A DNA stretch of 64,000 nucleotides. It comes from an uncultured Candidatus Berkelbacteria bacterium (GTDB lineage: Bacteria; Patescibacteriota; UBA1384; 2-12-FULL-50-11). Positions 49,148-58,539 of the stretch are shown one piece after another. Within the stretch, counting starts at the first letter, position 1. Every line of letters starts with the position of its first letter. Made by a program: the position numbers and the translations under genes. The notes under the pieces were generated by a model. The model worked only from the letters and a program-made list of their open reading frames with translations. It had not been told where the DNA came from and ran no database searches. The stretch lies in the NCBI GenBank assembly GCA_903839975.1, contig CAIMEH010000013.1:15999-79998 (forward strand), given 5' to 3'.

Positions 49148-52056
49148 TGGCTGAAAATAATACCGAAAAACGCAAATCGTTGTTTGATCTTGAAGAAGAA
49201 ACTTTAAAGTTCTGGCAGGAGAACAAGATCTTTGAAAAGTCCTTGGAGAAAAACGATAAGTCTAATATTTTCTCGTTCTACGATGGCCCACCATTTATTA
49301 CCGGTATGCCGCACTACGGCACGCTCTTGCCGTCGATTGCTAAGGATATAATTCCACGTTATCAAACCATGAAAGGCAAGTACGTCCGCCGAGTTTGGGG
49401 TTGGGACGTCCATGGGTTGCCGGCCGAAAATCAAGTCGAGAAACAGCTCGGGCTAAAATCCAAAAAAGACATCGAAAAGATGGGCATCGACAAGTTTATT
49501 GCCGCCTGCCGCGAGTACGTTAAAACTGGTTCGGAACAGTGGAATTGGTACGTTGACCACATCGGCCGTTGGGTTGATATGGAGCACTCTTATCGCACCG
49601 ACAATATCGAGTTTATGGAATCAGTCATGTGGATCTTCAAAGAACTCTACGACAAAGATTTAATTTATCAGGGTCGTCGAGTTTCGCTTTACTGCCCGCG
49701 TTGCGCCACCCCGCTCTCGAAGTTCGAGATTACGATGGACGACGAGAACTATAAAGACGTGGAAGACCCAGCCGTTACTGTCGCTTTCAAGCTGAAAGAT
49801 CAGGATGCTTACGTTTTGGCCTGGACAACTACCCCTTGGACGCTGCCATCCAACTTGGCCTTGGCTGTCGATGAGAACGCCGAGTATGTTAAGGTTTACG
49901 ACGCCAAAAACAAGCGCTACTACATCTTGGCTCACGAGGCGATGGTGCGCTACGACGAGATGGACTGGGAGATTAAAGAACATATTCCGGGCAAAGATTT
50001 AGTGGGCAAAGAGTACGAGCCGCTATTCAACTTCTTAGCCACCAACCCAGAGAAGGATTACCATATCTACGCTGCTAAGTTCGTAACGATGAACGAGGGT
50101 ACCGGCGTCATTCATATCGCTCCAGCGTTTGGCGAAGAAGATTTTAACTTCGGTCAAGAAGTTGGTTTGTCGATTCTGGAAACCTTGAACGACGAAGGCA
50201 AGTTTATCGAGCAGGTTAAACCTTGGGCGGGCGCTTATTATAAATCCGCCGATCCCGAGATTACCGCCGATTTAGAGAAACGTCAGCTTTTAATTAAAAA
50301 TGAGACTATTACGCACTCTTTTCCGCACTGCTACCGTTGCGGCACGCCGTTAATCTACAAGTCACAGATGCAGTGGTATCTAAAGATCTCCGAGCTCAAG
50401 AGCAAACTGCTCAGCGAGAACGACGCCATTAACTGGGTACCAGAGCATTTTGGCAAGGGTCGCTTTAACTACAATATTGAGAACGCACCCGACTGGTCGA
50501 TCTCCCGAACCCGTTACTGGGGTTCGCCGATTCCGGTTTGGGTCACCGAAAACGGCGAAAAAGTTGTAGTTGGCTCGATTAAGGAGTTGGAAGAACTTTC
50601 GGGCGAAAAAATTACCGACTTACACCGACCGAAGATCGATGACGTTGTTCTAACTCTAAAAGACGGACGCAAAGCCCATCGCGTCAAAGAAGTGTTGGAC
50701 TGCTGGTTCGAATCCGGGGCCATGCCGTACGCCCAGTTCCATTATCCATTCGAAAATAAAGAAGAGTTCGAAGCCAGTTACCCGACCGACTTTATCGTTG
50801 AATACACCGGTCAGCTCCGCGGTTGGTTCTACTACCTGCACGTCTTGGGTAACGCTTTAATGGGCAAGAACTCGTTCAAAAACGTTGTCGTTACTGGTGT
50901 GTTAATGGGCAACGACGGCCGCAAAATGAGCAAGAGCTACAATAATTTCCCAGACCCACGCCAAACACTAGAGAAGTACGGGGCAGAGTCGCTACGTCTA
51001 TTTTTCATGAACTCGAACGTCATGGCCGGCGGCGATTTGGCGGTTACCGAGGATGATATCCGCGAGCAGTCGCGCTTGCTGGGAATCCTGCACAACAGCT
51101 TTAAATACTTCCAGACCTACGCCGAGGTTCACAAATTCAAACCGATTGATGATCCCGAAAATCCTACAGCTGGTCGTGAGAACCCAACTTTAATCGATCG
51201 CTGGATATTACTGCGTTTGGAAGAGTTTATTATCGAGTACTCCGAGGCGCTCGACGCCTTCGATTTCGTGAAGTCCTCTCGCGCCATACGGCCGTTTATT
51301 GAGGACCTTTCCACGTGGTACATCAGACGCAGCCGTGATCGTTTCGTAGCGGGCGATTCTGCCGCCTTAGAGACGTTGCACGATGTCCTGACCAGCTTCG
51401 CTAAAGCGGTGGCACCGACGTTGCCGTTTAGCGCCGAATTAATCTACCGCTCGCTTACCGGCAAGACCAAAGAGAACTCAGTTCACCTACAAGAATACCC
51501 AGCCCTGCAGCATGATATCGTTAGCGAAAACAGCAATGTTTTAGCCAGGATGAGCGATATCCGCGAGATCGCTTCGATCGCCCACAAGATTCGGGCCGAG
51601 GCCGGTATCTCGCTTCGTCAGCCACTGGAATCGCTTTCAATCGTCGGTTTCAAAGAGCTGGAAACCGAAGAAGAGTTCTTGGAAATTCTGAAAGACGAAC
51701 TCAATATCTCCACCATTACCTTCGATGAGGTTGGCGGCAACTTTAAGTGCGTCGAGGCCAACGGCAAAAAAGTTTGCCTAAATCTAACTATCAACCAAGC
51801 CCTACAAGAAGAAGGTCAGTACCGTGAACTGCTTAGAGCCCTGCAAGATGCTCGTAAAAAAGCCGGCCTGAACGTCGGTGAACGGGTAACGGCGTGGTTC
51901 CATACCGACGAACAGAAAATTTCGGCCTTAATCGAAAAACGCCGCGAAGACATTCAAACAGCTCTGTCGTTTGAGGCGTTAATTCAAAAAGGCGCCCTAT
52001 CAGGAGCCGTGGAAACTATGAGCGGCGATCTGATGGTCGAATTTAAAAAGAACTAA
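49147..52056 (+). CDS. ileS: Isoleucine--tRNA ligase (type 2)
   Basis: DGPPFITGMPHYG, GWDVHGLP, DWSISRTRYWG, QLRGWFY, KMSKS. Confidence 0.97.
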   Translation: MAENNTEKRKSLFDLEEETLKFWQENKIFEKSLEKNDKSNIFSFYDGPPFITGMPHYGTLLPSIAKDIIPRYQTMKGKYVRRVWGWDVHGLPAENQVEKQLGLKSKKDIEKMGIDKFIAACREYVKTGSEQWNWYVDHIGRWVDMEHSYRTDNIEFMESVMWIFKELYDKDLIYQGRRVSLYCPRCATPLSKFEITMDDENYKDVEDPAVTVAFKLKDQDAYVLAWTTTPWTLPSNLALAVDENAEYVKVYDAKNKRYYILAHEAMVRYDEMDWEIKEHIPGKDLVGKEYEPLFNFLATNPEKDYHIYAAKFVTMNEGTGVIHIAPAFGEEDFNFGQEVGLSILETLNDEGKFIEQVKPWAGAYYKSADPEITADLEKRQLLIKNETITHSFPHCYRCGTPLIYKSQMQWYLKISELKSKLLSENDAINWVPEHFGKGRFNYNIENAPDWSISRTRYWGSPIPVWVTENGEKVVVGSIKELEELSGEKITDLHRPKIDDVVLTLKDGRKAHRVKEVLDCWFESGAMPYAQFHYPFENKEEFEASYPTDFIVEYTGQLRGWFYYLHVLGNALMGKNSFKNVVVTGVLMGNDGRKMSKSYNNFPDPRQTLEKYGAESLRLFFMNSNVMAGGDLAVTEDDIREQSRLLGILHNSFKYFQTYAEVHKFKPIDDPENPTAGRENPTLIDRWILLRLEEFIIEYSEALDAFDFVKSSRAIRPFIEDLSTWYIRRSRDRFVAGDSAALETLHDVLTSFAKAVAPTLPFSAELIYRSLTGKTKENSVHLQEYPALQHDIVSENSNVLARMSDIREIASIAHKIRAEAGISLRQPLESLSIVGFKELETEEEFLEILKDELNISTITFDEVGGNFKCVEANGKKVCLNLTINQALQEEGQYRELLRALQDARKKAGLNVGERVTAWFHTDEQKISALIEKRREDIQTALSFEALIQKGALSGAVETMSGDLMVEFKKN

Positions 52057-52299
52057 GGCTTGACGACCGAAATTACTGAGCCTACGCTTATGTCTGGAAA
52101 CGCGTAATGTACCTTTCGACGAAAGGTCGTGACTAGTGTTTTGGGACTCATCTCAAGAGAGGTGACAACTATAAGGAATTTCATTTCGTAGTGAACCGGA
52201 CAACGATAAATCCTCGGGGGCGCAGCTACTAGCGCCCCTTTAACTTTGTAATAAAAATTCTGCCCGCGGAAATAATCCGCGGGCATTGTGTTTTTTCGC

Positions 52300-54102
52300 T
52301 TACTTAACCGAAGATTTCGGTGTATGTGTTGGCGAAAGCGATCGAGCCTTGGCAGCAGGCTGGATCATAGTTATCGGGTTGTTGATGGGTACGATAGAAC
52401 CGTAGTGACGTGTTAAAGTCACCGATTTTACCGCCTGTCTTTCGCTGTTTACGGCTGCACGGACGATTACTTTTGTGGTGCCGCACTGGTATTGCGGGGT
52501 AAAGTTCCATATAGGATCTTTGTTTGAATTTAACCACAAATGAACATCCTTTGACCAAGTTCCGTAAGGCGCTAATACAAGCAAACTATCAAGCATGTAA
52601 AAGTGATACGGAAAGAATTGACCGTCGGGTAAACCAGGGTTTAACCAACTTGTGTCGAGCGAGTTGCCGTACTGGTCGTAGTCAGCCATTGTCAGGTCGT
52701 GAACTGGTAGGTAACTGCCGGTGTTGTTCTTCAGAATTATGGTGTAGTTCCAACCATCACTGGCAGCATCGACGTTATTGCTTGCTAGACTGACGTCGAT
52801 GGCCGCATCTGAGTGGTTTTTAACGAAATTTACCACTTCGGCCATCACGTTTTTGTCGGTTTTGATCGAGCAGTGTCCGGCACCTTGAACGATGTGTCGT
52901 TCGATAGCACCGGAAGTAATCTCTTCCATAACCACGTTTTTGGCCAGGGCGCTGTCTTGGGGGACAACGCTGTCCTTGCTACCAGCAAAGAAGTAGTAAT
53001 TAACGGCAACTCGTTGGTTGTAGCCGTTGTTCAGGTCGGGAAGGTTGAGGGCATTTAGGTAGCTGCTGCCAGTTGCCATTTCCGTGACGCAACCCTCTTG
53101 TTCGTACTGTGGCGTCGGACAGATACTGAACGGGTCGTTCAAAAGCTGATCCATATCACGTTTCAAGTTTGTTAATGGATCGGCGATTGTCGCGCCGGTA
53201 TTGGGAGTGCCGTAGGCAATCACATCGCTTATCTTAGTTGGGTCAATCTTGTGTTCCACAAGATCTCGGCCGATAAGACCACCACGCGAGTGCAGGAAAA
53301 GCATAATGCTTTTGTCTAGGGCGCTAATCGAATTCAGTTGTTGTTGGAAGTAGCTAACCGCCGTTGCACCACCATCGAGGTAGTTATACGGCATGCCGTA
53401 GGTAAGATACGCCCCGAAGTTCAAGTGGAGATAGTTGGCCAAGTCGGTAATAGAACCGACGTTGTCAAGAATGCCGTGTCCGACAAAGATTCTTTTTCCG
53501 GCTGTGTTAGACGAGTTGTTTAACAGTAGCGGTGTTGGCGAATCGGTATCGGGAACATTGTCTATAAACGAAGCTACCAACCAGTTCCAAGTGTTGGCGA
53601 TTGTCTGGCCGACGCTGCGATCTTGTAACGATCGGCCGGAAGCGGTGCTTAGCTGGAAAGGCGTAGCGCCTGTGCCAGTGTTAGTGGTGCTCCAGTGCCA
53701 GATCGTCGGATCATTGGCGTCGCGGTAGGCGACGATTTTTATCTCGTTGCTGTTACCACCGGCGATTGAGATATTAATCGGTTGCTGATTGGCAGCCACC
53801 GATTTTAGCTCAGTTACGTTAAAGATTTTGAGCTTAGTGTTGGCTGGCGGGTACAAGAAACCCGTTGAGTTGAATAGGTCGTTCGTTAAGGTCGTACCAG
53901 TTGGGAAGGTTGCCGTAGAAGCAGTGATTGTTTCGTTGCCGTAAACTTGGTTGACGGCCTGATTTGGGGCAACGTTTAGAACGTCAGTTTTAATTGGTTT
54001 GGTTGGGTCTGGGGGTACGGATGGGCCTGAGCCTCCACCACCACAACTTACGAGAGAGATGCAGGCAGCAATGCCAGCAAAAAGTAACGAGATTCGTTTC
54101 AT
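52300..54102 (-). CDS. Lipoprotein with an alpha/beta-hydrolase (lipase/PGAP1-like) domain
   Basis: Signal peptide with LVSC lipobox; VGHGI, LHSRGG nucleophile elbow, GTPNTG, DSVV and GH. Confidence 0.75.
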   Translation of the reverse strand: MKRISLLFAGIAACISLVSCGGGGSGPSVPPDPTKPIKTDVLNVAPNQAVNQVYGNETITASTATFPTGTTLTNDLFNSTGFLYPPANTKLKIFNVTELKSVAANQQPINISIAGGNSNEIKIVAYRDANDPTIWHWSTTNTGTGATPFQLSTASGRSLQDRSVGQTIANTWNWLVASFIDNVPDTDSPTPLLLNNSSNTAGKRIFVGHGILDNVGSITDLANYLHLNFGAYLTYGMPYNYLDGGATAVSYFQQQLNSISALDKSIMLFLHSRGGLIGRDLVEHKIDPTKISDVIAYGTPNTGATIADPLTNLKRDMDQLLNDPFSICPTPQYEQEGCVTEMATGSSYLNALNLPDLNNGYNQRVAVNYYFFAGSKDSVVPQDSALAKNVVMEEITSGAIERHIVQGAGHCSIKTDKNVMAEVVNFVKNHSDAAIDVSLASNNVDAASDGWNYTIILKNNTGSYLPVHDLTMADYDQYGNSLDTSWLNPGLPDGQFFPYHFYMLDSLLVLAPYGTWSKDVHLWLNSNKDPIWNFTPQYQCGTTKVIVRAAVNSERQAVKSVTLTRHYGSIVPINNPITMIQPAAKARSLSPTHTPKSSVK

Positions 54103-54247
54103 ATCCTTCCTCCAATATCTTTTCCAGGTTGGAAAAGTTCGTCTGCAAAAGCAGTTGGCTGAATTTTATCTGAAAACGGCTGTTTTTTCAAGGAAAGAGA
54201 AAGGGCCCGACGTTTTTATACGTCGGGCCATGAGTGTCCAGTTTGGA

Positions 54248-54916
54248 CTAACGGATCTTGAGGTCGCTTGCCTTTTGGCTTTTGACGTAAGGGTCAGTGG
54301 CAACAATTAAGGCATTGGAGGCCGCTTTGGCGATTGGGCCGGTCTTAGCGCCGCCCGAGAACCAGTTAAAGCCGAAGGTTAGCCAACCGGCTGCCACCAT
54401 CCAATCGGGTACTTTTGTTTGGTTATTTGCTTCGATGGTGCAGACTGGGGTTGCAAGATCGCCAGCGTTAACATCGACCATAACGAGGTTAAGGTTCGCC
54501 TTGGTCTTTGTCTCAGTTCCTCGAAGCGTTACAACCGAGTAGGCGTGAAAGTTGTAGTTGGCGTAGACGATCATGTCGACGTCTAGCTTCTTCCCTATTT
54601 GCAGCAAATCCTTGGGATCGGCTGTCATGTTCGGGTTGTCGCTCTGTTTATAGAAGTCGGGATTTACGTCCTTGAGCGCGGTTTGGACTTCTGCACTGTC
54701 AACCATCTTGTAGTCTTTCAAAATGAAAGCCAAGGTGTCGTCGAAAGCTTGAGGTGGCTCCTTGTGTCCAGTGTAAACCTTGCCATCCTCGAACATTCGA
54801 ACGATAACTGCGCAGTATTTAAGGCGCGGTTTTTCCTTGTTCTCTTGGGCGAACGTGGTAACCGATAGTAAGGCGGCCATAGCCGCAATGACGATTGTTC
54901 TAGCGATTTTATTCAC
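54248..54916 (-). CDS. Secreted hypothetical protein (possibly CsgG/TolB-N-like fold)
   Basis: GTG 54916 after AGGAGG; signal peptide ending TFA; LQIGKKLDVDMIV...LVMVDVNAG. Confidence 0.6.
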   Translation of the reverse strand: MNKIARTIVIAAMAALLSVTTFAQENKEKPRLKYCAVIVRMFEDGKVYTGHKEPPQAFDDTLAFILKDYKMVDSAEVQTALKDVNPDFYKQSDNPNMTADPKDLLQIGKKLDVDMIVYANYNFHAYSVVTLRGTETKTKANLNLVMVDVNAGDLATPVCTIEANNQTKVPDWMVAAGWLTFGFNWFSGGAKTGPIAKAASNALIVATDPYVKSQKASDLKIR

Positions 54917-55037
54917 TCCGATCCTCCTGAATGTTGTGCCTATTAAGGCGTGCAATAACAGGCATATTGTACAGGTAATTGCTGTTTTACTCAATGGTTT
55001 TTGGTTTTGTTTTAATGGTCAGCTACAATAACCAGAG

Positions 55038-55685
55038 ATGCTTATCGCCTTTTTTCAAATTATCGCCACCTCTGTTGTTTGGGCGGTGTTAAAAATTTTT
55101 ACTCGTTTCGAGATACACGGCACGGAAAATTTGAAAGAAGTTAGTCGGCCATTTGTGGTTGTTGCAAATCATGAAAGCGTGCTGGATCCGCCGCTGATTG
55201 GGGTGATGTTGCTTCATCGACCACAGCTTTTTCCGATTCGTTTTATGACCAAAGATCTTTTGATCTATATCCCAATTTTCGGGCAGATTATTTGGTTATT
55301 GGGCGCTTTCAGGGCTCGCAAGAAGAAGGGTATTGGACGGTCGTTATTGGCGCCGGTTAAAATTCTTGAAGGTAGAAATGGCGTGATGATGTTCCCAGAA
55401 GCGCATATTATTCACGAACGGGCACATTTGGGCGAGGGTCGTCGTGGTGCGGCAATTTTGGCATTAACAACTAAGGCTCAGCTACTGCCTGTTTCTTTGC
55501 ATACTCCGGCTAATTTGAACCTGTTTACCTTTATTTTCACCAGGCCAAAAATCGTTGTTCGTGTCGGTACGCCGTATTATTTAAATAACCTGGATTACCC
55601 TGACTTCTCCGACGAAAACACCTTTGCCGCCACCAAAGTAATTATGCAAAAAATCGCCGACTTATATTTCCAGCACAAGTACTAA
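55038..55685 (+). CDS. Lysophospholipid acyltransferase (PlsC family)
   Basis: NHESVLDP (HxxxxD), MFPE. Confidence 0.88.
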   Translation: MLIAFFQIIATSVVWAVLKIFTRFEIHGTENLKEVSRPFVVVANHESVLDPPLIGVMLLHRPQLFPIRFMTKDLLIYIPIFGQIIWLLGAFRARKKKGIGRSLLAPVKILEGRNGVMMFPEAHIIHERAHLGEGRRGAAILALTTKAQLLPVSLHTPANLNLFTFIFTRPKIVVRVGTPYYLNNLDYPDFSDENTFAATKVIMQKIADLYFQHKY

Positions 55686-55785
55686 GTTGATAATTGGTAC
55701 TATCAGGTATTGACAGAGTATTTTTATAGTTGTATATTTTTCGTGATTGTTGAGGGGTCCGTACCCTAACATGGAGGTAAGTGAC

Positions 55786-55932
55786 ATGTCACTCGAAGAG
55801 TTGAAAAAGCTCTCGATCTCCACTTGTAATCTCGCGGTCAATTCGGTGCTAAGCAACGAATGTGACGGGGGTGACGACGATTGCGTCGACGGTCAGGACT
55901 CTGACGACGACTGCACAACGGCTGGCGGCTAG
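55786..55932 (+). CDS. Putative RiPP precursor peptide 1 (Cys/Asp-rich, 48 aa)
   Basis: MSLEELKKLSISTCNLAVNSVLSNECDGGDDDCVDGQDSDDDCTTAGG; GGAGG SD; directly upstream of a rSAM/SPASM gene. Confidence 0.75.
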   Translation: MSLEELKKLSISTCNLAVNSVLSNECDGGDDDCVDGQDSDDDCTTAGG

Positions 55933-55999
55933 TTCGCAGGTCGGCATACTTCTGTGGGCGCGTACTTTTGTTCGCGCCCACTATTCTTTGGAGAAAAAT

Positions 56000-57223
56000 A
56001 TGGATCATAAAGCATATAAGCTAATCGTTGACGGTAGGGCGATAGTTTTCCTTCCAACACTAGGAAAATGTTTCGAAGTTTCTCCAGAGAAACTCGATGA
56101 ACTGCCCGACTACATAACCGCAGACGACTCTGTGAAACCTGTCGTCAAGAAGAAATACACCAGCGCCACCCTTGTACTAACCGATGATTGCAACTTGGCG
56201 TGTTCGTACTGCTATGAATTCGGGAAGCCAAGGCGCGACCCAATAACGATGAGTGTGGAGACGATTGAGAAAGCGATAAAAAGTCTAGTCGGGCGTGCCG
56301 TAAGTGAAAAAACTTCTGGCGTCAGACTCTACTTTTTTGGCGGCGAACCAACTTTGCGTCTCGATGAAATTATTTACGCCAAGCAACTCCTGGACAAGAA
56401 ATGCGGAGAGCTTGGCTTAAAAACCAGGTACTGCATTACTACTAATTGTTGCATGTCGGACGAAGCTGCTAATTGGGTCATGGAAAACATTGATTCAATT
56501 GGCATATCTTTCGACGGCAACAAGAGGATACAGGACAGGCAAAGAGATATGAGCTTTGATCAAGCTTTTGATCGAGCGAAACAATTCTTCTCTGTCTGTG
56601 GCAGTAAGAAAGTGAGCATTAGAGTGACAGTTTCGCTATGGAGTGCTCGTAAAATGGAAGAGATTGTCAGCTTCTTTGCGGCGAGCTTTCCCGGAGTAAA
56701 AATCTATCTTGAACCATTATTCAAGATAGGTAGAGGCAAAACAACTTCGCTTGAGATGCCAAATCCAGACAGATTCTTCAACGGATGTCTGGCTTGCTAT
56801 AAACTTGCCAAGACACTTGGGGTTGATGTTGTAACTAGCATTGGCAAACCGAGGAACGACACACCGTACTTCTGCGGTGCGCATGGTGGAGGACAAGTCT
56901 TCGCGCCTAATGGCGAAGTTCTTACCTGTCCAAGAATGTCATTGAGTTGTGAGCCCGGAAGAGACTTCTTCGTTTGCGGAGAAATTACAAATGATGGCAT
57001 TGTCTTTGATCGGGCAAAAACAGAATCGTTGGCGAGTCTACTAGACTACTCAAAGATACCTAAGTGTGCCGATTGCTTTGCAAGATATGCCTGTAGGGGC
57101 GACTGTCCGGCCAATAAAGCAGTGATTAACCAAGCTACCTTCTTCCATGAGCCTAGCTATAGGTGCGAAGCAATTAAGCGTTTCGTGTCAAAACTTTTGC
57201 TCTTGGAACTCGATTCAAGCTAA
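56000..57223 (+). CDS. Radical SAM/SPASM peptide maturase 1
   Basis: CNLACSYC, FFGGEP, SPASM CGAH..TCP..CADCFARYACRGDC..C; start placed at ATG 56000 after GGAG. Confidence 0.92.
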   Translation: MDHKAYKLIVDGRAIVFLPTLGKCFEVSPEKLDELPDYITADDSVKPVVKKKYTSATLVLTDDCNLACSYCYEFGKPRRDPITMSVETIEKAIKSLVGRAVSEKTSGVRLYFFGGEPTLRLDEIIYAKQLLDKKCGELGLKTRYCITTNCCMSDEAANWVMENIDSIGISFDGNKRIQDRQRDMSFDQAFDRAKQFFSVCGSKKVSIRVTVSLWSARKMEEIVSFFAASFPGVKIYLEPLFKIGRGKTTSLEMPNPDRFFNGCLACYKLAKTLGVDVVTSIGKPRNDTPYFCGAHGGGQVFAPNGEVLTCPRMSLSCEPGRDFFVCGEITNDGIVFDRAKTESLASLLDYSKIPKCADCFARYACRGDCPANKAVINQATFFHEPSYRCEAIKRFVSKLLLLELDSS

Positions 57224-58144
57224 TTCACCCGGTGTTTCGCACTCTGCGACGCACCGGGCTATTTTTTTAACAAAATCCGCATCAATTGATTGGTTAGAAA
57301 TAATATATTCTTGCGCTAATGGCATTCCAATTTTGCCAGATTCGTAAATTATTTTGTTCAGTCTGTTTCTTTCTGATTTGCTCTCGGACCTTTCTTCGGA
57401 ATCCGTTATACCAAAATACTTTTCTGCAAAAATGCCACGTGGGGCAAACAGATTAACAATTGCTTCGCGAGTTAGTTGTGTTTCTTGGTTGTAAAAATCT
57501 TTCTCAACTGACTGACTTAAAAATTCTCTATATCGACTTGTTTCAAACACACTATGAATAATCTCGTGCAATACTAGTAAAATTATCCGTCGGACTAGTA
57601 TATCGCTCTCAATATTAAATACGGATAAGCCAATAAATTCGCGACTTAAAGATTTACCAAAATCGGCGCCGTATCTTGCTGGTTTGGAGTTTATTGCCAG
57701 CAACTCGATAGTAACTGGCTTGGAAATGTCTGGATTGAAGTTGCCGTAAAGTACAGACAGATCTTTAAGCGCCAGCTCAATCTCCTTTGAGTATTTTTTT
57801 ACTCCTTGATCCAAAGCTTCCCTAAAACTTTCTAATCTCTTTTGGTCGTCGGCCCAAGTTTCTTCAACAAATACTTGTAACTCTTCGAAATGTTTTGCAA
57901 TCGAAGCTGGAAAGATAGATGTGTCGCTTTCTGACAATGATTCTAGTAAGTCTGCTTTCTTGACGGTATCGAGAGATTTGAAATAACTTTTGAAATTAGA
58001 GTAATATTCAGTATCTTTCCAAGTTTGTTGCCTTATCTCTTCTGCAATCTCTAGGAATTTTTTTGAGCCGCCTTCGCTCCCGCTAGCTAGTAGTAGTGAA
58101 TAATAAACGTTAAATGCTTTATTGACCTCAAATTTTATCTCCAT
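57215..58144 (-). CDS. HExxH (zincin-like) protein
   Basis: LLVLHEIIHSVF followed by a downstream Glu (LTREAIV). Confidence 0.65.
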   Translation of the reverse strand: MEIKFEVNKAFNVYYSLLLASGSEGGSKKFLEIAEEIRQQTWKDTEYYSNFKSYFKSLDTVKKADLLESLSESDTSIFPASIAKHFEELQVFVEETWADDQKRLESFREALDQGVKKYSKEIELALKDLSVLYGNFNPDISKPVTIELLAINSKPARYGADFGKSLSREFIGLSVFNIESDILVRRIILLVLHEIIHSVFETSRYREFLSQSVEKDFYNQETQLTREAIVNLFAPRGIFAEKYFGITDSEERSESKSERNRLNKIIYESGKIGMPLAQEYIISNQSIDADFVKKIARCVAECETPGELA

Positions 58145-58190
58145 TTACTTGCAGAATACGCCTTGAGCAAGATAGATAAAAGAGGTGCTT

Positions 58191-58209
58191 TTTTGACGCG
58201 GAGGGGGAG
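58191..58209. repeat. 19-bp direct repeat, copy 1
   Basis: TTTTGACGCGGAGGGGGAG, identical at 60673-60691. Confidence 0.9.
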
Positions 58210-58337
58210 TAAATAAATTGGGATGTGTTTTGGCTCATTGCATTTATTCTGGCCACTCATTGTAGCTATAAATTTTCGTAAAAATGTGCTACTATGACCG
58301 CATCCTGCCCATCAAGGGGCACCTTAAGGTGATCGAC

Positions 58338-58472
58338 ATGAAAACAAAGGCACGAGTTCGTGTTCCTTCCTGCTCTCAGCTCAAAAAGCTGAGGGGCAGA
58401 ATTAAGGGCTCAGCGTCTGCGGCCAATTGCGGTTCAAGCCAGTGTGCTTGTTCCTGTGCCTGCAGAAACTGA
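58338..58472 (+). CDS. Putative RiPP precursor peptide 2 (six Cys, 44 aa)
   Basis: MKTKARVRVPSCSQLKKLRGRIKGSASAANCGSSQCACSCACRN; AAGGTG SD; upstream of a rSAM gene. Confidence 0.75.
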   Translation: MKTKARVRVPSCSQLKKLRGRIKGSASAANCGSSQCACSCACRN

Positions 58473-58539
58473 ACATCGTCAACGGGGTGGGAGTAGTAAT
58501 ACTTTCCGCCCCACTATTTTTTGATATTCAAGGAGCAAA

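Noticed and set aside
52053..52286. 77-aa minus-strand ORF after ileS
   Set aside because: It starts within terminator-like hairpins (about 52216-52238 and 52261-52285) and has no motif; probably spurious.
55862..55999. Long N-terminal extension of rSAM1 in the ORF track
   Set aside because: It overlaps the precursor ORF and a hairpin; ATG 56000 with a GGAG SD is the better start.
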